Source: Alphaproteobacteria bacterium (GTDB lineage Bacteria; Pseudomonadota; Alphaproteobacteria; SP197). Taken from it: DNA of 64,000 bases. A program made the position numbers and the translations under genes. The notes under the pieces were generated by a model that was not told where the DNA came from, made no database searches, and saw only the letters and a program-made list of their open reading frames with translations. The DNA is taken from assembly GCA_964291265.2 (NCBI GenBank), contig OZ219747.1, positions 3,040,001 through 3,104,000 on the forward strand, in the 5' to 3' direction. This document shows, piece by piece, positions 32,728 through 42,560 of the stretch; positions within the stretch are counted from its first letter, which is position 1; each line of letters opens with the position of its first letter.

Positions 32728-33702
32728 TCAGCGGTATCCGTGGTAGTCCCGGAACCAGGCAACGAACCGCGGCATTCCCTTCTCGATGGAGGTTGACGGC
32801 TCGTACCCGAGGTCGCGGCGCGAGGCCTGAATGTCGGCGCAGGTTTCCGCGACGTCGCCTGGCTGCAGCGGGGCAAGGCGAACGTCCGCGCTGATTCCCG
32901 TTGCCTCTTCGAGCACATCGATCAGGTGCAGGATCGATTCACTGCGGTGATTGCCGAGATTGTAGATCGCGTGGGGAGGGGAGGTCTCGGGAGGCTTCGC
33001 CAGCGCCGCCAGGATGCCGGCGACGATGTCGTCGATCCAGGTGAAATCCCGGCGCAGACCGCCGTGGTTGTAGACCGTCAGGGGCCGTCCCTCGAAGAGA
33101 GCTTGCGTGAAGATCCAGGGGGACATGTCCGGGCGTCCCCAGGGGCCGTAGACCGTGAAGAGGCGCAGGCCGGTGGCCGGAATGCCGTAGAGATGGCTGT
33201 AGCATGAGGCCATCAGTTCTCCGGCACGCTTGGTGGCGGCATAGAGGGACGCCGGCCGGTCGACGCGGTGATCGACCGAGAAGGGAACGGTATCGTTGGT
33301 TCCATAGACAGACGAGGAACTGGCGTAGACGATGTGCTTCAGCCCCGTCATCGAACGGGCCAGTTCGAGGATGCCGAGCTGGCCTTCCACATTCGCCGCG
33401 GTGTAGTCGTGCGGAGCGACGAGAGAGTGCCGGACACCGGGCTGCGCCGCCAGGTGGACAATGCGGTCAATGTTCCTGGCGCCGGGATCCAGTCCGGCGA
33501 GCGCCTTGCCATCGGCAACGTCCATGCAATGGAACGAGAAGGCGGGCTCCCGGCTCAGCCGGGCGAGACGCGCCTGCTTGAGAGCGACGTCATAGTAGGG
33601 AGAGAGGCTGTCGATCCCGATCAGGTCTTCGCCACGCTCCAGAAGGGCCCGGGCCAGGTGGTAGCCGATGAATCCGGCGACACCGGTCACAAGCACCGTC
33701 AT
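32728..33702 (-). CDS. NAD-dependent epimerase (UDP-glucuronate 4-epimerase type)
   Basis: GVAGFIG, HLAAQPGVR, YAATK, FTVYGPWGRPDM. Confidence 0.93.
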   Translation of the reverse strand: MTVLVTGVAGFIGYHLARALLERGEDLIGIDSLSPYYDVALKQARLARLSREPAFSFHCMDVADGKALAGLDPGARNIDRIVHLAAQPGVRHSLVAPHDYTAANVEGQLGILELARSMTGLKHIVYASSSSVYGTNDTVPFSVDHRVDRPASLYAATKRAGELMASCYSHLYGIPATGLRLFTVYGPWGRPDMSPWIFTQALFEGRPLTVYNHGGLRRDFTWIDDIVAGILAALAKPPETSPPHAIYNLGNHRSESILHLIDVLEEATGISADVRLAPLQPGDVAETCADIQASRRDLGYEPSTSIEKGMPRFVAWFRDYHGYR

Positions 33703-34721
33703 GACGGGCCACGCGCCACGAGTCCTGCGTAGACATCCGGGTCGACATTTCCTCCGGAGATGATGGCGACGACGGTCCGCCCCTTCGCCGGAACCTCGCC
33801 GCTGATGACCGACGCCAGCGCCGCGGCGCCGCCGGGTTCGGCAACAAGCTTGAAGGATGTCAGGGCTGTCATCATCGCCCTGATGACGGCCGATTCCGTC
33901 ACCACGGTTCCCGAGTGGACGAGCTTCCGGTTGACTTCGAATGTCAGTTTGCCGGGTTGGCGGGCGAGGAGGGCATCGCAGATCGAGGAGGGTGCACCCG
34001 TGACGGACTGACGCTCGCCGCGCAGCAGGGAACGGGCCGTGTCATCCCATCCCTCCGGTTCGGCGGTATGGATCGCGCAACGGGGGAACCGGTGGCTGAT
34101 GGCAAGGGCCACGCCAGCGGTGAGACCGCCGCCACCGCAACAGGCGATGACGGCGTCCGGGGTGATGCCGAGCCCGGCGCAGGCGTCGGCGATCTCCAGT
34201 CCGACGGTGCCCTGTCCTGCCATGACCATGGGATCGTCATAGGGAGGCACAATCGTCATGCCGCGTTCGAGGGCCACGGACCGGGCGATGTCCTCGCGGG
34301 ATTCGTCATGCCTGGGGTAGGTGACGATGTCCGCACCCCAGGCGCGGGTGTTTGCCATCTTGATGGCAGGCGCATCCTCGGGCATCACGATGACGGCCGG
34401 AAGTCCCAGCATGGATGCCGCGGCGGCGACCCCCTGGGCGTGGTTGCCGGACGAATAGGCAACAACGCCGTTGTCCGTCTTGCCGCCGGCAATCCGGTTG
34501 AAGGCGCCCCTGAACTTGAAGGAACCGGTGAGCTGGAGGCATTCCGGCTTGACCAGAAGACGGCAGCCGAGGGTGTCGTTGAGCCTGGGCGATTCGAGAA
34601 GCGGCGTCATGACCGCCTTTCCGGCAAGCCGCCGGGCGGCAGACTCGATGTCCGCATATGACGGCATGCCCGGCATCAACAGCTGTCCCGCTCCGTTCAC
34701 TCCGACTCTTACCCCATTCAT
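33699..34721 (-). CDS. PLP-dependent threonine/serine dehydratase
   Basis: ECLQLTGSFKFRGA, SSGNHAQG, GQGTVGLE, EPGGA, SGGN. The real start may be ATG 34676 or 34667. Confidence 0.92.
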   Translation of the reverse strand: MNGVRVGVNGAGQLLMPGMPSYADIESAARRLAGKAVMTPLLESPRLNDTLGCRLLVKPECLQLTGSFKFRGAFNRIAGGKTDNGVVAYSSGNHAQGVAAAASMLGLPAVIVMPEDAPAIKMANTRAWGADIVTYPRHDESREDIARSVALERGMTIVPPYDDPMVMAGQGTVGLEIADACAGLGITPDAVIACCGGGGLTAGVALAISHRFPRCAIHTAEPEGWDDTARSLLRGERQSVTGAPSSICDALLARQPGKLTFEVNRKLVHSGTVVTESAVIRAMMTALTSFKLVAEPGGAAALASVISGEVPAKGRTVVAIISGGNVDPDVYAGLVARGPS

Positions 34722-34820
34722 CGCCGGCGCGCGACACCAGGGAGATGCATCCGGTCTTGTCCTTGCCAGGGATTGTCATGATGATGGTCGAGAGCCAACA
34801 ACCGGTGAGGGGGACAACGC

Positions 34821-36038
34821 GTGTCGGAAGGAATCTGGTCCCTGCCCGGCGTGGGGACACACCACCAGTCGGCCAGTGCCGGGCCCTTGACATTCGTCGG
34901 TGGCGCCGGCGACCTCGATGCGACGGGCAGGATACGGAATCCGCATGACCTGGACGCTCAGGCGCGAGGCGCCGTTCGTGCCGTCGCGGAGGCCCTCGCC
35001 ACGGAACTGTGCGCCCTGGAGGATGTGGTGCGCATCAAGGCCTACTACACGGCCGAGGTCGTTGACTGGGACGTCATCGCTGCCCTGGCGCGGCACCTGC
35101 CTTGCGATCCGCTGCCGGCGATCAGCACCGTGCCCGAACCGCTGCAGCCCTTTGACGGCCAGGTCATCCAGGTGCAGGCCATCGCCTGCCGAGGCTGGCG
35201 CGGCAGTGGGGATGTCCGTTTCTCTCGCCAGACCGTGCCGGCGGCGGTGAGCGAGAGACTTGGTCTCGAGGAGGTCACGGCGGGCCTGAGAGCCGGTGAG
35301 TTCATTGCCGTGGCCAACCGTACGGCGGTCGATGACGATGGCCGGATCCTGTCTGCGGACCCCGTCGAGCAGAGCCACGCCATCATGGCCATGCACGAGC
35401 GGACACTGGACGCCCTGGGGGCCTCGCTGCAGGACTGCGTCAAGATGGAGGGATACTACTTCGGCGCCAGCCTCGAGGATTGGGCGCCCCTGGCCAAGGC
35501 GCGCGCCAGCCATTTCCGGGAACCGGGTCCGCCGGCAACTGTGGTGCCCTGCCACCGGCTTCACCCGGAAGGAGCACGCACGAAGATCGGCGTCCTGGCC
35601 ATGCGTGGCCGCCGCGGAGGTTTCGACAAGTACATCCCGCGCCTCGATGTCTGGCCGGACCGCGTGTGGGACTGGCCCATACCCCTGCCCTACAGGCAGG
35701 CCATCTGCCTGCGTGACATGATCTGGCTGGGTGGACAGGTGCCCCATACGCCCTTCACCAACGACGGTGGGCGCGTGATGCCCGGTGATCTCGTGGCGCA
35801 GACGCGATTCACGATGTCGTTCGTGGAGGATCTGCTGAGGGGCTTCGGCCGGGGCCCGGCGGATCTCAAGCTGATGGTCTGCTACTGCACATCAACGGGC
35901 GCCAGCGATACGGGCGCCTTTCTCGACACCCTGACCGCCACCATCGGAGGGACCTTGCCACCGATCACGCTGGTGCCCAAACCGATGATGCACTCTCGGG
36001 AAAACACTGTCGAAATCTGGGGTGTTGCCCAGGCCTGA
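34821..36038 (+). CDS. Multi-domain RidA/YjgF-family protein (three tandem domains)
   Basis: Three ~130-aa units, each with a Q..(A/M)...L...(G)....D.(V/L)(K/R) core and terminal strands IQVQAIA, TKIGVLA and VEIWGVA. Confidence 0.7.
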   Translation: MSEGIWSLPGVGTHHQSASAGPLTFVGGAGDLDATGRIRNPHDLDAQARGAVRAVAEALATELCALEDVVRIKAYYTAEVVDWDVIAALARHLPCDPLPAISTVPEPLQPFDGQVIQVQAIACRGWRGSGDVRFSRQTVPAAVSERLGLEEVTAGLRAGEFIAVANRTAVDDDGRILSADPVEQSHAIMAMHERTLDALGASLQDCVKMEGYYFGASLEDWAPLAKARASHFREPGPPATVVPCHRLHPEGARTKIGVLAMRGRRGGFDKYIPRLDVWPDRVWDWPIPLPYRQAICLRDMIWLGGQVPHTPFTNDGGRVMPGDLVAQTRFTMSFVEDLLRGFGRGPADLKLMVCYCTSTGASDTGAFLDTLTATIGGTLPPITLVPKPMMHSRENTVEIWGVAQA

Positions 36039-36109
36039 ACGGGCGAGTGCCCCTTGTTCCGGCTTCCCGCGGCGACTAGTCTCCACCGGAAGCCGATCTG
36101 GAAACTGTC

Positions 36110-36997
36110 ATGATCACCGAGAAGCTGAAGGGTTCCTTTGCTGCACTCGTCACGCTGTTCCGCGATGGCAAGATCGATGATGAGGGGTATCGGAACTTCA
36201 TCGAATGGCAGATTGCCCAGGGAACCCACGGCGTGCTGGCCATGGGCACGACAGGCGAATCGCCGACATTGTCCCACGAGGAGGACATGCACGTGGTGCG
36301 CCTCGCCGTCGAGGCCGTGGCAGGACGCGTACCGGTCATGGCCGGAACCGGTTCGAACTCCACCACCGAGTGCATCATGCTGACCCGCCATGCGCAGCAG
36401 GCGGGTGCCGATGTCGCGCTGATCGTCACCGGTTACTACAACAAACCGACCCAGGAAGGCCTCTTCCGTCATTTCGAGGCGGTCAACGATGCCGTCGACA
36501 TACCCATCGTTGTCTACAACATTCCCGGACGGACGGGCATCGACATCGAGCCGCTGACAATGCAGCGCATTGCCGGTCTCTCCCATGTCGTCGGATGCAA
36601 GGAATCGACGGCCGCCGCTGACCGAGTCTCGAGGCAGCGGTGGCTGTGTGGCCGGGAGTTCATCCAGATGTCGGGCGAGGACGCTGCCGTCATCGGACTT
36701 CTCGGCATGGGAGGGCACGGGTGCATTTCCGTGACCGCCAACGTGGCGCCGGCGCTCTGCGCCAGGCTGCACGAGGCCTGGCAGGACGGCGACTTCGAGC
36801 AGGCCCGCGACATCCAGGACCGGCTCATGCCGCTTCACGAGGCGCTGTTCAGCGAGACCAGTCCCGGACCCGTCAAGTACGCGGCGAGTCTGCTCGGTTG
36901 GGGTGACGGCTCCGTGCGCCTGCCCCTGACCGCTCCGGCAGAGGAGACCAGGGTCAGGGTGAGGGACGCCATGAGGCAGGCGGGAGTTCTCGCCTGA
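36110..36997 (+). CDS. dapA: 4-hydroxy-tetrahydrodipicolinate synthase
   Basis: GTTGESPTL, YYNKPTQEG, YNIPGRT, GCKE, GCISVTANVAP. Confidence 0.97.
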   Translation: MITEKLKGSFAALVTLFRDGKIDDEGYRNFIEWQIAQGTHGVLAMGTTGESPTLSHEEDMHVVRLAVEAVAGRVPVMAGTGSNSTTECIMLTRHAQQAGADVALIVTGYYNKPTQEGLFRHFEAVNDAVDIPIVVYNIPGRTGIDIEPLTMQRIAGLSHVVGCKESTAAADRVSRQRWLCGREFIQMSGEDAAVIGLLGMGGHGCISVTANVAPALCARLHEAWQDGDFEQARDIQDRLMPLHEALFSETSPGPVKYAASLLGWGDGSVRLPLTAPAEETRVRVRDAMRQAGVLA

Positions 36998-37006
36998 CCC
37001 CATGCA

Positions 37007-37480
37007 ATGGCGGGCAAGAACATCCCGGTGGGGACGACTGTCGCCCGCAACCGCAAGGCCTTCCGCGACTATGCCATCGAGGACCGGATCGAGGCCGGCA
37101 TCGTTCTGACCGGCAGCGAGACACGGTCGCTGCGCGCCGGACGCGCCAACATCAACGGCGCTTTCGCGAGGGAACGGGATCGGGAAATCTGGCTCGAGGA
37201 CTGCCATATCTCGCCCTGGCAACAGGCGGGCCGCGACAATCATGAGCCTGAACGGCCGCGCAAGCTGCTCCTTCACCGCCGCGAGATCGAGAGGCTGGCC
37301 GGTGCCGTCAGTCGCCGCGGATACACGCTTGTTCCGCTCAGCATCTACTTCAACCCCAGGGGTGTGGCCAAGGTCGAACTTGGACTGGGGAAGGGCAAGC
37401 ATGCCCATGACAAGCGGGCGGCCATCCGGGAGCGGGAATGGAAACGCCACAAGGAACGCCTGATGCGCGATCGCGGGTGA
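37007..37480 (+). CDS. smpB: SsrA-binding protein
   Basis: [38 protein letters not shown]. Confidence 0.97.
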   Translation: MAGKNIPVGTTVARNRKAFRDYAIEDRIEAGIVLTGSETRSLRAGRANINGAFARERDREIWLEDCHISPWQQAGRDNHEPERPRKLLLHRREIERLAGAVSRRGYTLVPLSIYFNPRGVAKVELGLGKGKHAHDKRAAIREREWKRHKERLMRDRG

Positions 37481-37487
37481 TGCCGCC

Positions 37488-37922
37488 GTGAACTGGTTGC
37501 TTGCGGCCATGGGCGGAATGCTCCTGATCTGGGCACTGGCCTGGATCGGAGTCAACGCGCGTGCCTCGACCGTGCTGCGCTGGGCCAAGTGGATCATCAC
37601 GGCGGCGATCGTCGCCGGGATCGGCGTGCTGGCGGCCACGGGGCAGTTCCGCGCTGCACTGATGACCGGTCTCATGCTGCTTCCACTGCTCCTTCCGTGG
37701 AGGAGACCGCGCGGATTCCATGGCGCACCGCGCCCTTCGGCGTCCACCATGAGCGTCGCCGAAGCCGCCGAGATTCTCGGCGTCGCCGCGGACGCCGACG
37801 AGCAGACGATCACCGAAGCCTACCGCCGGATGATGGCCGAGCATCATCCCGACAAGGGCGGTTCCGCCTGGTTTGCCCGGCGGATCAACGAGGCGAGAGA
37901 CGTCCTGATGGCGGGACGCTGA
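37488..37922 (+). CDS. Membrane-anchored J-domain (DnaJ/Pam18-like) protein
   Basis: Hydrophobic N-terminus; MSVAEAAEILGV...HHPDKGGS...INEARDVL. Confidence 0.9.
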   Translation: MNWLLAAMGGMLLIWALAWIGVNARASTVLRWAKWIITAAIVAGIGVLAATGQFRAALMTGLMLLPLLLPWRRPRGFHGAPRPSASTMSVAEAAEILGVAADADEQTITEAYRRMMAEHHPDKGGSAWFARRINEARDVLMAGR

Positions 37923-37990
37923 CGATGACGCTTAGCCCACGACTTGCAGCAAGCGATCTCCCTGCAGCAGCCTGACGGGATACTTGAGGA

Positions 37991-39310
37991 ATGCGTATCA
38001 CCATGGTGGGCGCCGGCTACGTCGGACTGGTGTCCGGTGCCTGCTTTTCGGAGTTCGGAATCGATGTTGTCTGTGTCGATCGCAATGAAGGGAGAGTGAT
38101 CCGCCTGCAGTCAGGCGAGGTTCCCATCTACGAGCCTGGTCTGCCGCGTCTGATACACCGCAATGCCGAAGCCGGGCGGCTGATGTTCACCACGGAACTC
38201 GCGCCGTCGGTGCGGGAGTCCGACGCCATCTTCATCGCCGTAGGCACACCGGGTCACCGCGGCGACGGCAAGGCTGACCTCAGCTTCGTGTTCAGCGCCG
38301 CCGAGGAGGTGGCGCGGATGATCGAACGCTACGCCGTGATCGTCACCAAGTCGACGGTTCCTGTCGGTACCGGCCGCCGGGTCGAGGAGGTGATGAGGCG
38401 GATACGCCCCCGGGCGGAGTTCGATGTCGTCTCGAATCCGGAGTTCCTGCGGGAAGGCTCGGCCGTGAGAGACTTCCTGCGTCCCGATCGCATCGTCGTG
38501 GGCAGCGAGAGCGAGCGGGCGGCGCGTCTGATGGACGAGATCTACAGTCCCCTCTTCTTCGAACGCACGCCGATCCTGCACACGTCGCGGGAGACGGCGG
38601 AGCTCATCAAGTATGCCGCCAACAGCTTTCTCGCGACCAAGATCGCCCTCATCAACGAGATGGCCGACTACTGCGAGAGCGTTGGCGCCAATGTCCTCGA
38701 TGTCGCCCACGGCATCGGTCTCGATGGCCGGATCGGTGACCGTTTCCTCCATCCCGGGCCCGGTTACGGCGGCAGTTGCTTCCCCAAGGACACGCTGGCG
38801 CTTGCCGGTGGGGCAAGGGAGTGCGGCACGCCGCTTACCATCATCGAGGCGGTGATTGCCGCCAACGCCGGCCGCAAGCGTTCGATGGCCCGGCGCATCG
38901 TGTCGCTGCTCGGCGGCACCGCGGGGAAGACGGTGGCGCTCCTCGGTCTGAGTTTCAAGCCCGACACCGATGATATCCGTGAATCGCCGAGTCTCGTCAT
39001 TGCATCGGAACTGCTCGATCGCGGAGTGGGAGTGAGGGCCTTCGATCCGGTGGCCATGGAGGCCGCCAGCAGGTCCCTGGAGGAGCTGGTGATCTGTACC
39101 GGTCCCTACGAGGCGGCAGCCGGGGCGGATGCCCTTGTCATCGTCACCGAGTGGAACGAGTTCCGCTCCCTCGACCTGGCGCGGCTCAAGTCGTCGCTGA
39201 ACCGGCCCCTCATGATCGACTTGCGCAACATGTACAGCGCCGCCGACGTCGTTGATGCCGGCTTCACCTACCACGGCATCGGTCTCGGTCATCTTGACCC
39301 GTCAGCCTGA
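37991..39310 (+). CDS. ugd: UDP-glucose 6-dehydrogenase
   Basis: GAGYVG, SNPEFLREG, GYGGSCFPKD, FKPDTDDIRES. Confidence 0.96.
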   Translation: MRITMVGAGYVGLVSGACFSEFGIDVVCVDRNEGRVIRLQSGEVPIYEPGLPRLIHRNAEAGRLMFTTELAPSVRESDAIFIAVGTPGHRGDGKADLSFVFSAAEEVARMIERYAVIVTKSTVPVGTGRRVEEVMRRIRPRAEFDVVSNPEFLREGSAVRDFLRPDRIVVGSESERAARLMDEIYSPLFFERTPILHTSRETAELIKYAANSFLATKIALINEMADYCESVGANVLDVAHGIGLDGRIGDRFLHPGPGYGGSCFPKDTLALAGGARECGTPLTIIEAVIAANAGRKRSMARRIVSLLGGTAGKTVALLGLSFKPDTDDIRESPSLVIASELLDRGVGVRAFDPVAMEAASRSLEELVICTGPYEAAAGADALVIVTEWNEFRSLDLARLKSSLNRPLMIDLRNMYSAADVVDAGFTYHGIGLGHLDPSA

Positions 39311-39355
39311 CCGATTCGCATCTGCCCTCGTGATCGGGACATGGAACGGCGAGCG

Positions 39356-39991
39356 TCACAGGTGATCGAGCACCTGCATGGAACCGCGCCAGATCATGTC
39401 GCCGGTGACCCACAGCAGCACCGCGAGTCCGATGTAGGCGATCCAGTGAAAGCGATGAAGAAGCCTCGCGATGGCGTTTGCCGCCACGGCCATCAGGGCG
39501 ATGGAAAGAACGAGACCGAACACCAGGAGGGCGTGATGTCCGTGCGCGGCGCCGCCGACAGCGAGCACGTTGTCCAGTGACATGGAAACATCGGCGACGA
39601 CGATCAGCTTGAGGGCATGCCGGATGTTTGTCGTCCTGTGGTCCCTGGCGGCGGGTCGGGTGCCCGGAACGGGCTCCGGATCGCCGACGAGCCTGGCGCT
39701 GCGAACATCGCGCCACATGCGCCAGCACACCCAGCCGAGAAGCAGTCCGCCGACAAGGAGAAGGCCGACGACGTTCAGGAGTTCAACCACGATCAGGGCA
39801 AAGCAGATGCGCAGAACGGTTGCCGCAACGATACCGAGGATGATGGCCCTGCGCCTCAGGATGGGGGGCAGGCCGGCCACAGCCATGCCGATCACGATGG
39901 CATTGTCGCCGGAGAGGACGATGTCGATGACGATGATGGACAGGAAAGCGGAGAGCTGGGTGGGGTCCGTTGGATCAAACAGGTCTGTCAC
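39356..39991 (-). CDS. TerC/YjbE family membrane protein
   Basis: IDIVLSGDNAIVIG, ADVSMSLDNVLAV. GTG start at 39991 inferred. Confidence 0.9.
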   Translation of the reverse strand: MTDLFDPTDPTQLSAFLSIIVIDIVLSGDNAIVIGMAVAGLPPILRRRAIILGIVAATVLRICFALIVVELLNVVGLLLVGGLLLGWVCWRMWRDVRSARLVGDPEPVPGTRPAARDHRTTNIRHALKLIVVADVSMSLDNVLAVGGAAHGHHALLVFGLVLSIALMAVAANAIARLLHRFHWIAYIGLAVLLWVTGDMIWRGSMQVLDHL

Positions 39992-40066
39992 GCCGCTCTC
40001 GCTCGATGGATGGTCCCGGGCGGCAACATGTGGCAAGAGGAGGGGGTTCACAAGGGGGGACCGGCC

Positions 40067-40903
40067 ATGGTCGCAGGCTGCGATGCCATCGGAAAGACCC
40101 GGGAATCGGTGGACGTGCTGGGCGTGACGCCCGCCCGCCACCTTGCCGCCACCTTCGACAGGGATGACGCCGATCTTGCGAGCGGCGGCCGGCTCCCCTG
40201 CGGCTGGACCCTGCTCTACTTTCTTGATTCTCCACCAACATCCCGCATGGGCCCGGACGGGCGCACGACCCCCGGTGAGTTCCTTCCCGACACCGGGCTT
40301 TCCCGCAGGATGTGGGCCGGCGGTTCGTTCACGTTCGAGCGCGATCTGGTTCTTGGCCGGCCGGCCCGCCAGACAGTCACCATGACCGGCGTCGAGAGAA
40401 AGAAGGGGCGCTCCGGAAACCTCTGTTTCGTCACCACGGAACACCGCACTGCCCAGGATGGCGAGGACGCCGTCATCGAGGTTCGCCATCTCGTGTTTCG
40501 TGACGCGCTCGGGGCCCACGGAGAGGCGCGGCGTGTGGCGCCGCCACAGGGGGCGGCCTGGCAGCGCAGCGTCGTCGCTGACCCGGTGTTACTGTTCCGT
40601 TTTTCCGCACTCACGTTCAACGCCCACCGGATTCACTACGATGTCGAGTACTGCCGCAGGGTGGAAGCCTATCCCGACCTTCTCGTACACGGGCCCATGC
40701 AGGCGCTCCTGTTGCTCGACCTCGCGGAAAGGACCTGTCCGGAACGCCGCATCAGGCACTTTCGCTACCGTGGAATGGCGCCGCTCTTCGCTCCGCACCC
40801 CTTCCTTGTCCGTGGAAAGCCGGAAACGGGTGGCGGCCTCGCATTGTGGATCGAGGATTCATCGGGTGGTCTGACGACTTCGGCGGAACTGGAATTCGCA
40901 TGA
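40067..40903 (+). CDS. MaoC/hot-dog dehydratase (mesaconyl-C4-CoA hydratase/HTD2-like)
   Basis: RRMWAGG, LFRFSALTFNAHRIHYD, LLVHGP. ATG 40067 follows a G-rich RBS. Confidence 0.88.
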   Translation: MVAGCDAIGKTRESVDVLGVTPARHLAATFDRDDADLASGGRLPCGWTLLYFLDSPPTSRMGPDGRTTPGEFLPDTGLSRRMWAGGSFTFERDLVLGRPARQTVTMTGVERKKGRSGNLCFVTTEHRTAQDGEDAVIEVRHLVFRDALGAHGEARRVAPPQGAAWQRSVVADPVLLFRFSALTFNAHRIHYDVEYCRRVEAYPDLLVHGPMQALLLLDLAERTCPERRIRHFRYRGMAPLFAPHPFLVRGKPETGGGLALWIEDSSGGLTTSAELEFA

Positions 40904-42321
40904 TGCCGGCAGACGACCTGCATCGGCTGACGGCGCTTGACCTCGTCCGGCATTACAGGGCCCGCGAGCTGTCACCCGTCGACGTCGCCGATGCCGTGCT
41001 CACCCGCCTCGATGACGTGGACGGGAATCTCAATGCCTTCTGCCATCGCGACGACGAGGCATTCCGGGCGGCCGCAGCCGGGTCGGAGGAACGCTGGATG
41101 AAGGGTGCGCCACTCGGTCCTCTCGACGGCGTGCCGACAAGCGTCAAGGATGTCTTCAGAATCAGGGGCTGGCCGACGCGCATGGGTTCCAAGGCGGTGG
41201 ATACCGGGCAGCCCTGGACAGAGGATGCTCCCGCCGTCGCGCGACTGCGCGAATCCGGCGCGCTCTTCATCGGCATGACGACGACACCGGAAATGGGCTG
41301 GAAGGGTGTCACCGACAGTCCGCTTCACGGCCAGACGCGCAATCCCTGGAACCTGCGCATGACACCGGGCGGTTCGAGCGGCGGCGCCGCAGCAGCTGTG
41401 GCTTGCGGCGTCGGTCCCCTGGCGATCGGCACGGACGGCGGAGGTTCGGTGCGCATTCCGGCGTCTTTCTGTGGCATTGTCGGCCTCAAGCCGACCTTCG
41501 GCAGAGTCGCAGCCTGGCCACCGGGCCTCTATGGCACGCTGTCCCATGTCGGACCGATGGCCCGGACGGTACGTGATGCGGCCCTGCTTCTCGACGTGAT
41601 CGGCAAGCCCGATGCACGCGACCCGTGGTCGCTTGCCGACGATGGCGTCGACTGTCTCGGGGAGACACGGCGCTCGGTGACCGGTTTGAGGGTTGCCTAC
41701 AGCCGTGACCTCGGTCACGTCAGAGTGACGTCCGAGGTCGCGGGGTTGGTGGATCAGGCGGTGCGTGGCCTCGGCGGTCTCGACATGGGGGTCGAGACCA
41801 TCGAATTCGACACGCCGAAGGCCGAGGAGGCCTTCCGCACCCTGTGGTATGCCGCCGCCGCTGCGGCCATCCGCACCCAGAGTCGGCACCGGCGGCGGTT
41901 TCTCGACCACGCTCTCACGAGGATTGCGGCCGAGGGAGAAACGGTCAGGGCGGTCGATCTTGTCGAGGCCGAGCGGGCACGCATGCGCTATTCGGCGGAA
42001 ATCGGCGCTCTCCTCGAACGCTTCGACCTTCTTGTGACGCCCACCTTGCCCATTGCCGCCTTCGAGGTGGGCCGCGAGGTTCCGCCAGGCTGGCCCCATG
42101 ACCGCTGGTACACATGGACGCCGTTCACCTGGCCGTTCAATCTCACCGGACAGCCGGCCCTGTCGGTGCCGTGCGGCTTCACCGCTGACGGACTGCCGGT
42201 AGGCCTTCAGATCGTGGGGCGGCGCCAGGCCGACGCCCTCGTCCTGAGGGCCGGCGCGGCCTACCAGGAACGGTTCCCGACCCTCTCGTCATGGCCCGCG
42301 GCGGGACGCGCTGCCGGTTGA
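40900..42321 (+). CDS. Amidase signature family enzyme
   Basis: VKD, PGGSSGG, GTDGGGSVRIPA, FNLTGQPALSVP. Confidence 0.93.
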   Translation: MMPADDLHRLTALDLVRHYRARELSPVDVADAVLTRLDDVDGNLNAFCHRDDEAFRAAAAGSEERWMKGAPLGPLDGVPTSVKDVFRIRGWPTRMGSKAVDTGQPWTEDAPAVARLRESGALFIGMTTTPEMGWKGVTDSPLHGQTRNPWNLRMTPGGSSGGAAAAVACGVGPLAIGTDGGGSVRIPASFCGIVGLKPTFGRVAAWPPGLYGTLSHVGPMARTVRDAALLLDVIGKPDARDPWSLADDGVDCLGETRRSVTGLRVAYSRDLGHVRVTSEVAGLVDQAVRGLGGLDMGVETIEFDTPKAEEAFRTLWYAAAAAAIRTQSRHRRRFLDHALTRIAAEGETVRAVDLVEAERARMRYSAEIGALLERFDLLVTPTLPIAAFEVGREVPPGWPHDRWYTWTPFTWPFNLTGQPALSVPCGFTADGLPVGLQIVGRRQADALVLRAGAAYQERFPTLSSWPAAGRAAG

Positions 42322-42560
42322 CATCGGCTGCGCTCAGGCATGGTCGGGCCTGTGGATGGATGGCCGGATCCGGCGAGATCACGCAGTCCGGAAAGGCCAC
42401 GAGATGCAGCGGCGCTGACCGGAAATGGCTCAGGAAATCCTCGCGGTATGGTCGGAATCGCCTTGCCTCCTGATTCTGTCCCTGGATCTGTGGAGGAATT
42501 TCTGGACTGGCGCGCCTCATCGTCTTTAATGAGCCACAGTCACACCTCGGGGGGTCGTTG

